Origin: an uncultured Planctomycetaceae bacterium
GTDB taxonomy: Bacteria; Planctomycetota; Planctomycetia; Isosphaerales; Isosphaeraceae
DNA: 64,000 nucleotides
Reading direction: 5' to 3'
Assembly: GCA_963833985.1 (NCBI GenBank)
Contig: CAWIAD010000001.1
Coordinates: 2,240,001-2,304,000 of the forward strand
The position numbers were made by a program, and so were the translations under genes. Positions 10,178-22,480 of this stretch are shown in pieces; within the stretch, counting starts at the first letter, position 1; every line of letters starts with the position of its first letter. The notes under the pieces were generated by a model. It saw only the letters and a list, made by a program, of their open reading frames with translations, was not told the DNA's origin and searched no databases.

Positions 10178-11290
10178 ATGGCTGACGCCGAACCGAGGCC
10201 GGCGCGCACTCTCTGGTCGGTGCGTGCACTCACGCCGTACTTTTTTTTGGCCCTGCTCGCGGCCGCGACCTCGCTTACGGTCTGGCGTGTGATCCACGTG
10301 GACAGGCCAGAGCCCGACCTGCCCGCGCCTGTCATCGAGCCCTCGGACATCGACATGACGGACCATGCCTACCCGGAGTTCGAGAGGATCGAGCGCAAAT
10401 TCAGGATCGGCAATCCACTGGGTCGTCCAATAGTCGTCACAGCCATCCAGACCTCGTGCGCTTGCATGGCAACGGTGGGGGAGGGGGGATCGGAGCCCCC
10501 GTTCACAATCCCTCCCAACCAGGGTGTGAACTGTCTCATCCGCGCCAATCCGTATGCGGGAGATGACCCGGTACGCACCTATAGTTGTTCGGTCGTCTCG
10601 GAGTGCGACGGTCGCCCCCTCCCTGTGGCGTCCGTGAGGCTGCACGTCACGGTCGAAGATCTGCTCAAGGCAGAGCCGACGTCGCTCGCGCTCGTCTGCC
10701 CCGGCAGTGAGAAGTCGGCTGTCGGCTCAGTACTGCTGTACACGAAATCGCGTCGTGCAACAATCCCGGAGCCCCGTATCGAACAGCCCGACCTGCCCAA
10801 CATAGAGGCCAAGCTAACAGCGTGGCAGGGAGGCGCGGAGCCACTGCCAAGTTATGTTACAAGATTCAAGGTCGATGTTACGGTTACTCCGGGGGACAGC
10901 TTGGCCGAACCTGTTATAGGAACCGTGTCCGTGCTTCGGCGGGACGGCGAGCCGCTCCGAATCCCCGTGCTCTGTTCCTTCCGGCTTCCTTATCGCCTTT
11001 CTCCGGAAGCCGTCGAGATCGCGGGGAACCCCGGGGAGCAGGTTGAGCGAGAGGTCTTCTACAATGCCCTGGATCCTGCGTGGAGAGAGCTGCGGACGAC
11101 GTCCCTGCCCGGAAACGTGTCTCTCGATCTCGAGGGTTTTGACCCGAACACGACCGTGCTCAAGATGCGTATTCGGGTGCCAGAGGGATCGACAGCCCCT
11201 CGGGAAGGACCACATCAGAACATAAGGCTTAGCACAGCGGACGGACAGCATGCCATCCAAATCCCGATCCGCTACAGCGTGCCCGAGTGA
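10178..11290 (+). CDS. DUF1573 domain protein with N-terminal TM and several Ig-like domains
   Basis: [40 protein letters not shown] (DUF1573 SCxC signature). Confidence 0.75.
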   Translation: MADAEPRPARTLWSVRALTPYFFLALLAAATSLTVWRVIHVDRPEPDLPAPVIEPSDIDMTDHAYPEFERIERKFRIGNPLGRPIVVTAIQTSCACMATVGEGGSEPPFTIPPNQGVNCLIRANPYAGDDPVRTYSCSVVSECDGRPLPVASVRLHVTVEDLLKAEPTSLALVCPGSEKSAVGSVLLYTKSRRATIPEPRIEQPDLPNIEAKLTAWQGGAEPLPSYVTRFKVDVTVTPGDSLAEPVIGTVSVLRRDGEPLRIPVLCSFRLPYRLSPEAVEIAGNPGEQVEREVFYNALDPAWRELRTTSLPGNVSLDLEGFDPNTTVLKMRIRVPEGSTAPREGPHQNIRLSTADGQHAIQIPIRYSVPE

Positions 11291-12374
11291 CGCATACTGG
11301 TCCACATCGTCGAGCGGCACGCCCCATCCGGGATTCACGCTCATCGAGCTGGTTGTCGTGCTCGGCATCATCGCCGTGCTGGTCGGGTTTCTTCTGCCCG
11401 CGGTCCAGTCGGCTCGTGAGGCAGCCCGGCGCAGCGAGTGCGCCAACAACCTGCGGCAGATCGGGCTCGCGATCGATGCCTATCACGAGCGCTGCGGGTC
11501 GCTGCCCATCGGTCACCTGCTCAACTACGATCCCCGCTACGAGAAGACCCCTCCGGGCCATCCCGATTGCCACAGCGGGGCCGGAGACAAGAGCTTTCTC
11601 GTCCTGATTCTGCCCGACCTGGGCATGGGCCCGCTGTACAATGCCATCAACCAGGACCTGTCGATCTATTCCCGCGAAAATCGAACCATCTTCGCGGTCT
11701 CCGTCGGCACGATGGCCTGCCCCAGCGATCCGGACGCGGGGACGCCGCGCCCGATGGATCTTCACAGCCTCGTCCTGGGCGGAGAGGCGGACGAGGGCGA
11801 GCACCTCGACGCTGCCTTCACCAGCTACGTAGGAAGCTTCGGGTCCTTGCCGGTCGTGGCGTTTCCCAATCCCGCTAACCAGTGCAAGCCCGACCCGAGG
11901 GCCGTCGCCCAGTGCAACGGCTGCCTCAACGATGTCTCGCCGTTGACGTTCTCGGCGATCGCGGACGGGCTGAGCAACACGATGCTCGCGGCTGAGCGGT
12001 CCACGACCATGCTGGCCGATGCCCGGGGGCCCGATCCGCGACACGGCTGGTTTTTTTCCAGCACGTCGAGCGACACGCTCTTCTTTGCGACCTTTCCCCC
12101 GAACCTGTACAAGCTGGACGTCGCCCAGGTGCTCCCGAGCGCCGCGTCGAGCCTGCACCCGGGAGGGCTGAACGTCCTCTTTTGCGACGGCTCGTGCCGG
12201 TTCATCAAGGAGACGATCCAGTCCTGGCCGGTCGATCTGGACGCCTTGATCCCCGATCCGCTCGGCGCGACCGAGACGCCCGGCCGTTGGTGGATCAACC
12301 TGCCGCCGGTGGGCGTCTGGCAGGCGCTCAGCACCCGCGCCGATGGCGAGACGATCGATGCAATGGCGTATTAG
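11250..12374 (+). CDS. DUF1559 family prepilin-type protein
   Basis: [58 protein letters not shown]. The true start may be the coupled GTG at 11287 ([13 protein letters not shown]..), which needs one base restored near 11325. Confidence 0.9.
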   Translation: MPSKSRSATACPSDAYWSTSSSGTPHPGFTLIELVVVLGIIAVLVGFLLPAVQSAREAARRSECANNLRQIGLAIDAYHERCGSLPIGHLLNYDPRYEKTPPGHPDCHSGAGDKSFLVLILPDLGMGPLYNAINQDLSIYSRENRTIFAVSVGTMACPSDPDAGTPRPMDLHSLVLGGEADEGEHLDAAFTSYVGSFGSLPVVAFPNPANQCKPDPRAVAQCNGCLNDVSPLTFSAIADGLSNTMLAAERSTTMLADARGPDPRHGWFFSSTSSDTLFFATFPPNLYKLDVAQVLPSAASSLHPGGLNVLFCDGSCRFIKETIQSWPVDLDALIPDPLGATETPGRWWINLPPVGVWQALSTRADGETIDAMAY

Positions 12375-12391
12375 ACGACCGGGAGAGACGC

Positions 12392-13954
12392 CTAGGTATT
12401 CACCAGCCGCGATTCGCCACGGACCATCTGGCGGGTCAGCACGGCGAAGTGCGTGTGCGTGATGCACTTCCAGGCGAACTGGAAGAGGTAGCGCGGGGGG
12501 CGGCCGGAGAGAAGCAGCTTGCGCAGGTGCCGGGCGTAGGCGGGGCGGTAGGGCCGGGTGCGCGGGTCCGACCAGATGCGCGCCAGCAAGATCAAGGCGC
12601 CGGCGACGGTCAGGAACTGGATCTTCAGGTACGACAGCGGACGATGCCTGCGCAGCCAGTCCATCCGGAAGCTGGCCAGCGGGATGCGGTTCCTCAAGAA
12701 CAGGTCGTCGAAGCGGTCGAGGAAATTATCCACCTGATAGAGCCGGTCCATGAGGTCGAGCCAGCCGTCGCGCATCGTTTCGCGGGTCATTTGCAGGGGG
12801 ATGATGTTCGTGGCGATGTCGGGGTCGTCGACGGCCGCGTTGTCGAGCCGGCCCTCGGCTTCGAGCCGGTCGTAGAGGGGCGTCTTGGGGATGGCCGAGA
12901 GCATGCCGGCCATCGCGGCGACGATCCGCGCCTGCTTCAGGAACTCGAACTGGCGATCGAAGACGGTCTCGTCGTCGCTGTCGAAGCCGACGATCATGCC
13001 GGCGTAGACCTCCAGCCCGTGCGCCTGGACGCGGTGCACGCGCTCGAGCATACTCCCGCGCACGTTCTGAAACTTCCGGGTCTCGCGGAGAGCCTCCTCA
13101 TCCGGGCTCTCGATGCCGATGAAGACGGCCACCAGGCCGGCCTCGGTCATGAGCCGCATGAGCTCGTCGTCCTCGGCCAGGTCGAGCGAGGCCTCGGTGA
13201 AGAACGTGAGCGGATAGCCGTTGCTCTGCTGCCAGGTGATGATGGCCCGCAGAATCTCCTTGGCCGCCTTCTTGTTGCCGATGAAGTTGTCGTCGACCAG
13301 GAAGATGACGCGGGCGCCCAGGCGGTACTGCGCGTCGATCTCGGCGATCACCTGGGCCGGCCGCTTGATCCGTGGGCGGCGGCCGAAGATCACTATGATG
13401 TCGCAGAACTCGCACTGGAAAGGACAGCCGCGCGAGGTCTGCACGCAGCCCATCGCGTACTCGCGAAACCGGATCAGGTCGTAGCGGGGCAAGGGCACCC
13501 TGGTCATGTCCGTCTTCTCGGCCTGCTCATAGCGCGCCTGGTGCTCGCCGCGTGACCAGTCGTCAAGGAAGCGCGGCCAGGTCTCCTCGGCCTCACCCAC
13601 GAAGGTCACGTCGACCAGTCCTTCGAACCAGTTCTCCGCCACACTGATCCAGGGCCCGCCCACCACGGTGAAGATGTCTCTCTCGGCAAGTTCCAGGAGA
13701 ATCTCCCGCATGCGGTCGCGCTGGACCGTCATGCCCGTCAATCCGACGATGTCAAAGGACCGCAGCCGGTCGAAATCGATCTCCTCGACGTTCTCGTCGA
13801 TGAGGACCACTTCGTGCCCGGCAGGAGTCAGTCCCGCCAGCACCGGCAAGGCCAGAACAGGCATGGTCGCCCGTTTTCCCAGCATTGGCAGCCCGTGATT
13901 CAGACCCCAGAAGGAGACGGGGAACCGCGGATTGATGAGGCAGATTCGTGCCAT
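12392..13954 (-). CDS. B12-binding radical SAM protein with DUF4070-like C-terminus (HpnP/BchE-like class B)
   Basis: INPRFPVSFWG, DENVE, VVGGP, GEAE; SRGCPFQCEFC (CxxxCxxC); VDDNFIGN; FIGIESP; MIVGFDSD. Confidence 0.9.
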   Translation of the reverse strand: MARICLINPRFPVSFWGLNHGLPMLGKRATMPVLALPVLAGLTPAGHEVVLIDENVEEIDFDRLRSFDIVGLTGMTVQRDRMREILLELAERDIFTVVGGPWISVAENWFEGLVDVTFVGEAEETWPRFLDDWSRGEHQARYEQAEKTDMTRVPLPRYDLIRFREYAMGCVQTSRGCPFQCEFCDIIVIFGRRPRIKRPAQVIAEIDAQYRLGARVIFLVDDNFIGNKKAAKEILRAIITWQQSNGYPLTFFTEASLDLAEDDELMRLMTEAGLVAVFIGIESPDEEALRETRKFQNVRGSMLERVHRVQAHGLEVYAGMIVGFDSDDETVFDRQFEFLKQARIVAAMAGMLSAIPKTPLYDRLEAEGRLDNAAVDDPDIATNIIPLQMTRETMRDGWLDLMDRLYQVDNFLDRFDDLFLRNRIPLASFRMDWLRRHRPLSYLKIQFLTVAGALILLARIWSDPRTRPYRPAYARHLRKLLLSGRPPRYLFQFAWKCITHTHFAVLTRQMVRGESRLVNT

Positions 13955-14093
13955 GTTCACTTCATGCGAAAGAAGGGAGGACCGGCCGTCCGTTCAAACG
14001 GCTTGCGAGGACAATTGCATATAGCAGAAATATCGTGAACCTGCGATCGCCTGATCAAGAAAAAAAATGCAGATTCGCAAATTCTATGGGGTC

Positions 14094-15380
14094 TCAGGGC
14101 GATTGGATGAGTGCCTGACCGCCGAGGGATGTGGAGAGGACATCATTCTCCGCACCAATCGGCGTTGCGGGCGGTTCGGTTGCGTCACCATTCGCGGGCC
14201 TGGAAGCGCTGGCCTCCTGGCCCCGGCCGTACCGGCGATGTGCCTTGGCGAAGGTTCCGGAGACGACTGCGGCCATCAAGGAGAGCTCGAGGGCCGCTGC
14301 CGATGCGGCAATGATCTCGGCCAGCTTGCGCGAGGCATGCGGGCCCTCGCTGCAACCCAGCAGCTCAAGGTTGCGGCGCTGCGCCGGCAGACGGGTTCCG
14401 CCGCCGATGGTTCCCACGGTGAGTGAGGGGAGACTGACGCGGAACGTGACGCCGTGACCCTCCTGGCAGACCCCTGCGGCCTCGCTGAAGCCGACTGCAT
14501 TCTCGGCCACACAGGCGGTGTCCTGTCCGGTGGCAAGATAGAGCGCGGTCAGGCCGTTGGCGAGATGCAGGTTGTGCCCGAGCATGCCGATCGCCTGTCC
14601 CGAATTGACGGCGAGCCGCTGGAATTCGAGGATCCGCTCGGCGGTGACGCCAAGAAAATCGAGGACGTGGTGGGGAATCGTGAACTCGACGGCCACGGAG
14701 TGGCCCCGGCCGTTCATGAGGCTGCGCCGCGATGGCTTCTTGTCGCTGTTGAAACCGGATTCTAGAAAGAACTGAAGCTTTCGATCAGCCTGGATGAACT
14801 GGCAAGCCGCCTCGGTGGCCAGCGTGACCATATTCTGACCGGCCGCGTTGCCGGTGTCGTAGATGAAGTCGAGGATCACCCAGTTCTGGATCACCGTCGG
14901 TTCGATGCGCAGCAGACGGCCATGGCGGGTCGTGCTTTCCGCGGCCCGGCGGATCGGTTCGTCATGCGCCCGCACCCAGTCGAGGAAGGGGTGGATCGCC
15001 GCGATCGATGGGAGCTCGAAAGCGGGGCTGCGGCTCAATTCTTGCTTCAGGTGCACGGTACGGCAGCCGCCCGCCATCGCCGTGGCCAGAAAACCGCGGT
15101 TCATCGACAGTGTGAGCGTCCCCTCGAGCGTGCATAAAGGAACCACGAACTCACCCTTGGCGTAATCGCCATGAATCACCAGGGGTGCCGCAATCGACAT
15201 GGGCAAGGGGACATAGCCGACATGGTTTTCAATGATCCCGCGCAGCTCCTCGGGAGCCGGCCGGCAGTCGTCCAGCAGGGAATGCCCCGTGACGCGCTCC
15301 ACCCAGCGACGCCGCCGGACGGTATCCTCCGATCGATATCCGCCTGGCGGCTTGCCCGGAATCTGCGGCTGCACGGCCAT
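14094..15380 (-). CDS. hmgA: Class I-type HMG-CoA reductase
   Basis: IENHVG, TLEGTL, TGNAAGQNM, NSDKK, ATGQDTA, GTIGGGT and a C-terminal His (AKAH). Confidence 0.85.
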   Translation of the reverse strand: MAVQPQIPGKPPGGYRSEDTVRRRRWVERVTGHSLLDDCRPAPEELRGIIENHVGYVPLPMSIAAPLVIHGDYAKGEFVVPLCTLEGTLTLSMNRGFLATAMAGGCRTVHLKQELSRSPAFELPSIAAIHPFLDWVRAHDEPIRRAAESTTRHGRLLRIEPTVIQNWVILDFIYDTGNAAGQNMVTLATEAACQFIQADRKLQFFLESGFNSDKKPSRRSLMNGRGHSVAVEFTIPHHVLDFLGVTAERILEFQRLAVNSGQAIGMLGHNLHLANGLTALYLATGQDTACVAENAVGFSEAAGVCQEGHGVTFRVSLPSLTVGTIGGGTRLPAQRRNLELLGCSEGPHASRKLAEIIAASAAALELSLMAAVVSGTFAKAHRRYGRGQEASASRPANGDATEPPATPIGAENDVLSTSLGGQALIQSP

Positions 15381-15867
15381 GAAGCTTTTCCCTCCCGTTC
15401 GGGTTCCGCGCGGTCCTGGGAGGGCTTGCTTGGCTCGTCTGAAAGATGCTCCCCTGGCCCGACCTAACGCTTGATTTCACGTGCATGCTAACGCCAAGCC
15501 AATTATCGGCAACTGCCGCAGATTTCCCGCTCAAAAAAAGTCTCTGCCCGGAGTGTGCTGGACTTCTCTGACGCAGGTACGCCCCGACTCCCCGCCATTT
15601 GCGCTGTCCTCGACAAAAATGGTCAATCCCTGTGCACTCGGAGTGGGCCGGTGCAGCCTCGGGTGTAGAATAATCCGATATACTCTGGCCCTCTTCCTGT
15701 TCGGCTAAGCCGGACGATGAGCCGCGCTTGTTGACCGGAACATCATCGGCTGTCGGCTTCACTCGATTCTTTCTATCCATCGGACCAGTCCGACCGGCAT
15801 TCGCCCCCGTCCCATAGCATCTGGCTGCATGCAGCGAGGGCACCCGATCCACCAGGAGAGACAGGGA

Positions 15868-18800
15868 ATGACTCACGGGAGTCCGACGCCCTACGCGTCT
15901 TCCGAGCGAGCCGAGAAGGACGATCCCGCAATGGGTACCGCTCCCAGCCTGGTCGTGGGAATCGGGGCGTCGTCGGGCGGCCTCGAAGCCATCGAAGCAT
16001 TCTTCTCGGCGTTTCCCCGGCAGACCGGACTGGCATTTGTGGTCGTCCGGAACGAGGAGGATGAGCCGCACGCCGCGCTGCTGGAAGTCCTTTCCAGGCG
16101 GTGCGAGGTTCCCGCCCTGGAGGCACGTGACGGCACGGTTCTGGTTTCCGACCAGATCTACGTCGCACCGCCGGATGCAATCGTGCAGCTTCACGAAGGG
16201 GTGCTCAGCGTGGAGCAGGCGTCGACCCCGGAAAATCGACGGTCGCTCATCGACGCCTTCTTCCATTCCCTGTCCGACGATCGCCGAGCAGGCTGCATCG
16301 GGGTGATTCTCTCCGGCAGCGGAACCGATGGCACGCTTGGCCTGAAGGCCATCAGCGATGCGGGCGGCATGACGATCGCGCAGGAGCCCCAGACCGCTCG
16401 GTACGACAGCATGCCCCGCAGCGGTGCGACCCTCGGCGCGGCGGATCGCGTGCTGCCGCCCGAGAAGATGGCCGGAGAGATCCTGGCCTATTCCAGGCAC
16501 GTGCAGGCGCTGCTCTTGGGGGACGAAAAGGGCGTGGTCTACGAGCAGATCGGCGGGGCGCTGAGCACCATTTGCGAGCTCCTGGAACGAGAAACCGAGC
16601 ACAACTTCAAGCATTACAAGACCAGCACGCTGGTGCGCCGGATCAGCCGGCGCATGAGCCTGTTGCGGGTTGGCTCGGCCGAGGACTATGTGGCGCGGCT
16701 GGAGTCGGATTCCTCGGAAGTGGTGGCACTCTTCCGCGAGCTGCTCATTGGCGTCACCTGCTTCTTCCGCGACCCCGACGCATTTGAATCGCTCCGGCAG
16801 AACGTCGTCCGCAAGATCCTGGAGAACCGCGGCTCCCAGGATCCGATCCGGATCTGGGTTCCCGGCTGTGCCACGGGGCAAGAGCCATATACCCTGGCCA
16901 TGGTCATGCGCGAGGAGATGGAGCGCTGCCGGGTCTCCTGCGAGGTCCAGATCTTCGGCACCGACATCAACGAGAAATCCCTGAACACCGCCCGCCAGGG
17001 GGCCTATCCGGCAAGCATCGCGGAGGAGCTCGGCCCAGAGCGACTGGAACGGTTCTTCGTCAGCCAGGGCAAACGTTTCGTGGCCGCCAAGGAAATCCGC
17101 GAGATGTGCGTCTTCTCGCTCCACGACCTGATCCGCGACCCGCCGTTCTCCCGCCTGGACCTGATCTCGTGCCGCAACTTGCTGATCTACCTGGGACCGC
17201 ATCTCCAGAAGAAGCTCATCCCGCTCTTCCACTATGCGCTGCGGCCGGGTGGTTTCTTGTTCCTCGGGCCCTCGGAAAGCTCGGTGCACCATCGTGAGCT
17301 GTTCAAACCGGTGGACGTCAAACACCGCATTGCCCAGCGCCTGCCCACGACGGTGCGGTCGCCGTTGACTCCTCGTCATGAACCTCTGCGGGGCAACCAG
17401 CGGGCAGGTGGTGAGACCGCCCCGGCAAGCCAGTCCGATATCCACCTGGTCATGCAGCGTATCTTGCTTGACGAATTCGCACCGAAGTCCGTGGTGGTCA
17501 ACGGTGACGGCCAGATTGCCTGCGCCTCCGCCGGCATGGAGCGCTACCTCACGATCGGCGACGGACTCTTCCAGAACAACATCATCCGTCTGGCGCGCAG
17601 CACGCTGCGCGTGGGGATCCGCTCGGCGCTCTCAGAAGCAATCGAAAGCCGCCGTACGGTGACGAAGGATGATCTGGCCGACAAGACCGAGAAGGGGCTC
17701 AACCGCATCCGGCTCACGGTCCAGCCCATGCCCCAGTTCGGCGAGGGGAGCGGGCTGTACATGCTCGTCTTCGAGGATCTCGGACCCCTCGCGGATCGCC
17801 ACGAAGGCGGAAACTTCCGATCCGACGACGATGCCAACGCACTCATCGAGCAGCTCGAGCACGAGCTCCAGACGACACGCAATGACCTGGAGCGGACGAT
17901 CCAGGACATCGAGGCGGCGAATGAGGAGCTCAAATCGTCCAATGAAGAGCTGCTGTCGATGAATGAAGAGCTTCAGTCGGCCAACGAGGAGCTCGAGACC
18001 TCACGCGAGGAAGTCCAGTCGATCAACGAAGCACTCATGCGGTCCAACAACGACCTTGAGAATTTGCTGGCCAGCACCCAGGTGGCCACGATCTTCCTGG
18101 ACGAACAGCGGAACATTCAACGGTTCACGCCGGCAGTCACCCAGATCTACAACCTCATTCCCGGAGACATTGGACGGCCGTTGCACCATATCACCCACCG
18201 AGCTTCCTACATGCCCCCGCTTCCGGAGCCCGGCAGGCCGTTCGAGAAATGCGAGGAGGTGGAGATTCAGACCGAAAGCGGCGCCTGGTACGTGCGGCGC
18301 ATCCTGCCTTACCGCACCGCGGAGCGGACGCAGCAAGGACTTGTCGTCACCTTCGTGGACGTGACGGACCTGAAGCGCGTGGCGGCGACTCTGCAAGACC
18401 GGGAATCGCGTCTCTCACTGGCGCTTGACGCCGGCGGCATGGGAACCTGGGAATGGAACCTTGCCAGCAATGCCGTGCGGTGCTCGGATCGCACGCTGGC
18501 ACTTTGCAGCCTGGACCCCGGCCAGGCGACGCTCACCGCGGAACGTTTCTTCAGGCAAATGCACCCGGACGACCTGGTCACCGTGCGCGAATCGGTGCGC
18601 AAGGCCATCGAGGGTGAGGGCACCTACAACATCGAATTTCGGGTGCTCCCGGCCGGTGAGCCACCACGGTGGCTGGCGGCCCGGGGACGCGTGCGTTGCG
18701 GTGCGGACGGTCAGCCCGTGTCGATCCACGGGGTGGTCTTCGACATCACGCCTCGCAAGAACGCGGAGGAGAGCATCCGGCAGAGCGAGAGCCAGTTCCG

Positions 18801-20301
18801 CGCCCTCGCGGAGACGATCTCTCAGCTCGCCTGGATGGCCGACCCAGACGGATCCATTTTCTGGTACAACCGGCGCTGGTTCGAGTACACCGGAACCACG
18901 CTCGAGACCATGCAGGGCTGGGGCTGGCAGAGCGTGCATGACCCGGACGTTCTTCCCATGGTCATGGAGAAATGGAAGGCCTGCATCGAGCAGGGCTCGT
19001 CCTTCGAGATGGTCTTCCCGCTCCGGGGGGCCGATGGCCGCTTCCGCTCCTTCATCACACGCTCCGAGCCGGTGAAAGATGCACATGGCGCCGTGGTTCG
19101 CTGGTTCGGCACCTGCACCGACATCGAGGAGCAAAAGCAGGCCGAGGAGGAACTGAAGCGCGCCAATCGTCACAAGGACGAGTTCCTGGCCATGCTGGCG
19201 CACGAGCTGCGCAACCCGCTCTCGCCAATAAGAAACGCCGTTCATTTGCTGAAGTTCGCCAGCCCCGACGATCCCAAGCTCGTCGGTGCACGCGACATGA
19301 TCGACCGCCAGGTGACGCACCTTGTCCGGCTGGTCGACGACCTGCTTGACGTCAGCCGCATCACCCGGGGTCGGATTGATCTGCGGCAAGAGCGCGTGGG
19401 CATCATGTCGATCATCGACTCGGCCATCGAGGCCGCGCGGCCGCTCATCGACGCCCGCCGCCATCACCTGGAAGTCTCATTGCCTGCCGAGCCGCTCGAG
19501 GTCATCGCTGATACCACGCGGCTGGCCCAGGTGATTCTCAACCTGCTGAACAACAGCGCCAAGTACACGCCCGAGGAAGGCCGGATCTCGCTGCACGTGG
19601 AGCGGCAGGGCGACCAGGCCGTGGTCCGTGTTCGAGACAACGGCATGGGCATCGCCCCCGACCTGCTTCCTCGCGTGTTCGAGCTGTTCACTCAGGCCGA
19701 ACGGACACTTGACCGGTCGCAGGGTGGTCTGGGCATCGGCCTGACGATCGTCCGCCGCCTGGTCGAGCTCCAGGGTGGCTCGGTCGATGCGTACAGTGCC
19801 GGACCAGGGCAGGGGAGCGAATTCGTGGTCAAGCTGCCGGTCGCGTCCCAGGAGTCCCTCCCGTTGCAGCCTCCCGCGCCCCCGTGGCACGCCAACGGCA
19901 GCAGCGACCGATCGCGCGTGCTGATCGTGGACGACCATGAAGACTCCGCCGACAGCCTCTCGCTGATTCTGGTCCACCTGGGCCACGAGGTGCAGACGGC
20001 CTACGATAGCCAGACGGCGCTTCGTCTCGCCCGCAGCTTCCGCCCCACCATCGTCTTCTGCGATCTGGGACTGCCGGTCATGGACGGCTACGAGGTCGCC
20101 CGCCAGCTCCGCGCGGCTGCCGAGACTCACGAGGCCATCCTCGTCGCCCTCACCGGCTACGGCCAGGCGGAGGACCGCAGGCGATCCGAAAACGCGGGTT
20201 TCCATCACCACATGGTCAAGCCAGTCAGTCCTGATGTACTCCAGGAGTTCCTGGAACTCGCCGCGCAACACCGCGAATGTCCCCAGTCAGTCGCGGAATG
20301 A
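15868..20301 (+). CDS. CheB/CheR fusion hybrid sensor kinase (CheB-CheR-coiled coil-PAS x3-HisKA-HATPase-REC)
   Basis: GIGASSGG, LSGSGTDG; IGVTCFFRD, WVPGCATGQEPY, DLISCRNLLIY; NEELQSANEEL; PAS repeats; LAHELRNPL; NNSAKYT, DNGMG, GGLGIGL; C-terminal receiver. Start uncertain (15829/15868/15931). Confidence 0.93.
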   Translation: MTHGSPTPYASSERAEKDDPAMGTAPSLVVGIGASSGGLEAIEAFFSAFPRQTGLAFVVVRNEEDEPHAALLEVLSRRCEVPALEARDGTVLVSDQIYVAPPDAIVQLHEGVLSVEQASTPENRRSLIDAFFHSLSDDRRAGCIGVILSGSGTDGTLGLKAISDAGGMTIAQEPQTARYDSMPRSGATLGAADRVLPPEKMAGEILAYSRHVQALLLGDEKGVVYEQIGGALSTICELLERETEHNFKHYKTSTLVRRISRRMSLLRVGSAEDYVARLESDSSEVVALFRELLIGVTCFFRDPDAFESLRQNVVRKILENRGSQDPIRIWVPGCATGQEPYTLAMVMREEMERCRVSCEVQIFGTDINEKSLNTARQGAYPASIAEELGPERLERFFVSQGKRFVAAKEIREMCVFSLHDLIRDPPFSRLDLISCRNLLIYLGPHLQKKLIPLFHYALRPGGFLFLGPSESSVHHRELFKPVDVKHRIAQRLPTTVRSPLTPRHEPLRGNQRAGGETAPASQSDIHLVMQRILLDEFAPKSVVVNGDGQIACASAGMERYLTIGDGLFQNNIIRLARSTLRVGIRSALSEAIESRRTVTKDDLADKTEKGLNRIRLTVQPMPQFGEGSGLYMLVFEDLGPLADRHEGGNFRSDDDANALIEQLEHELQTTRNDLERTIQDIEAANEELKSSNEELLSMNEELQSANEELETSREEVQSINEALMRSNNDLENLLASTQVATIFLDEQRNIQRFTPAVTQIYNLIPGDIGRPLHHITHRASYMPPLPEPGRPFEKCEEVEIQTESGAWYVRRILPYRTAERTQQGLVVTFVDVTDLKRVAATLQDRESRLSLALDAGGMGTWEWNLASNAVRCSDRTLALCSLDPGQATLTAERFFRQMHPDDLVTVRESVRKAIEGEGTYNIEFRVLPAGEPPRWLAARGRVRCGADGQPVSIHGVVFDITPRKNAEESIRQSESQFRALAETISQLAWMADPDGSIFWYNRRWFEYTGTTLETMQGWGWQSVHDPDVLPMVMEKWKACIEQGSSFEMVFPLRGADGRFRSFITRSEPVKDAHGAVVRWFGTCTDIEEQKQAEEELKRANRHKDEFLAMLAHELRNPLSPIRNAVHLLKFASPDDPKLVGARDMIDRQVTHLVRLVDDLLDVSRITRGRIDLRQERVGIMSIIDSAIEAARPLIDARRHHLEVSLPAEPLEVIADTTRLAQVILNLLNNSAKYTPEEGRISLHVERQGDQAVVRVRDNGMGIAPDLLPRVFELFTQAERTLDRSQGGLGIGLTIVRRLVELQGGSVDAYSAGPGQGSEFVVKLPVASQESLPLQPPAPPWHANGSSDRSRVLIVDDHEDSADSLSLILVHLGHEVQTAYDSQTALRLARSFRPTIVFCDLGLPVMDGYEVARQLRAAAETHEAILVALTGYGQAEDRRRSENAGFHHHMVKPVSPDVLQEFLELAAQHRECPQSVAE

Positions 20302-20682
20302 ACGCGCCAAGGCGACCCTGCGCAGCAAGTGGACCGGCTCCGCAGGCTTGATGATGTGCTCGTCGAAACCGCACTCCAGCGCGCGGTCGCGATCATCGGA
20401 AGATCCGTACGCGGTCTGGGCGATGAGCACCATCCTGTGAGGCAGCTTCGCGCGAATGGCCCGGGCGACGTCGTATCCCGTCATGCCCGGCATGGCAATA
20501 TCGACGAAGACCACGTCAGGCAGGCCCGCGATCGCCTTGCGCAGGCCTTCCTGACCGCTATACGCCACTTCGACCTCGCACCCGTAGTGCTCCAGCAGGC
20601 AGCTCAGCGACTCCACGAGATCCGGATTGTCGTCGATGATCAAAACATGACGACCAAGCGGCTTGATGTCATCCCCGTGCAT
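20287..20682 (-). CDS. Single-domain response regulator (receiver)
   Basis: VLIIDD, VFVDIAMPGMTG, TAYG, IIKP; convergent with the kinase, 15-nt 3' overlap. Confidence 0.85.
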   Translation of the reverse strand: MHGDDIKPLGRHVLIIDDNPDLVESLSCLLEHYGCEVEVAYSGQEGLRKAIAGLPDVVFVDIAMPGMTGYDVARAIRAKLPHRMVLIAQTAYGSSDDRDRALECGFDEHIIKPAEPVHLLRRVALARSFRD

Positions 20683-21013
20683 ACCCGCGTCCCCCATGAT
20701 GAACAAGTTGCAATTAAGCAACTTCAGTGCCCAGCCGGCGCGGGGAAAGCGTCCAATTCGTCCAGGAACGGGGTATGGGGACCTCTCAGCAGCTCCGCGC
20801 AGGATACGCGGAGCCACCGTAGAGCTACCTTGGAAAGCGGTGCGCATGGTCTGCGGCGATCCAGCCCGGCCGCGCACCGCCTGGGTGCAAAATATCCGGA
20901 GAGAATTCTCCCGGCCGGTTCATGAGGCTATCGCAAGATGAATCGGCAAGCGTATGATCAATCTTAATTGAGCAGCCGCATTCCCAGGATGGAGCCGGTG
21001 CATACCGATCAGT

Positions 21014-22459
<1,446 letters not shown>

Positions 22460-22480
22460 TCAATTCACACAACCCTCGTC

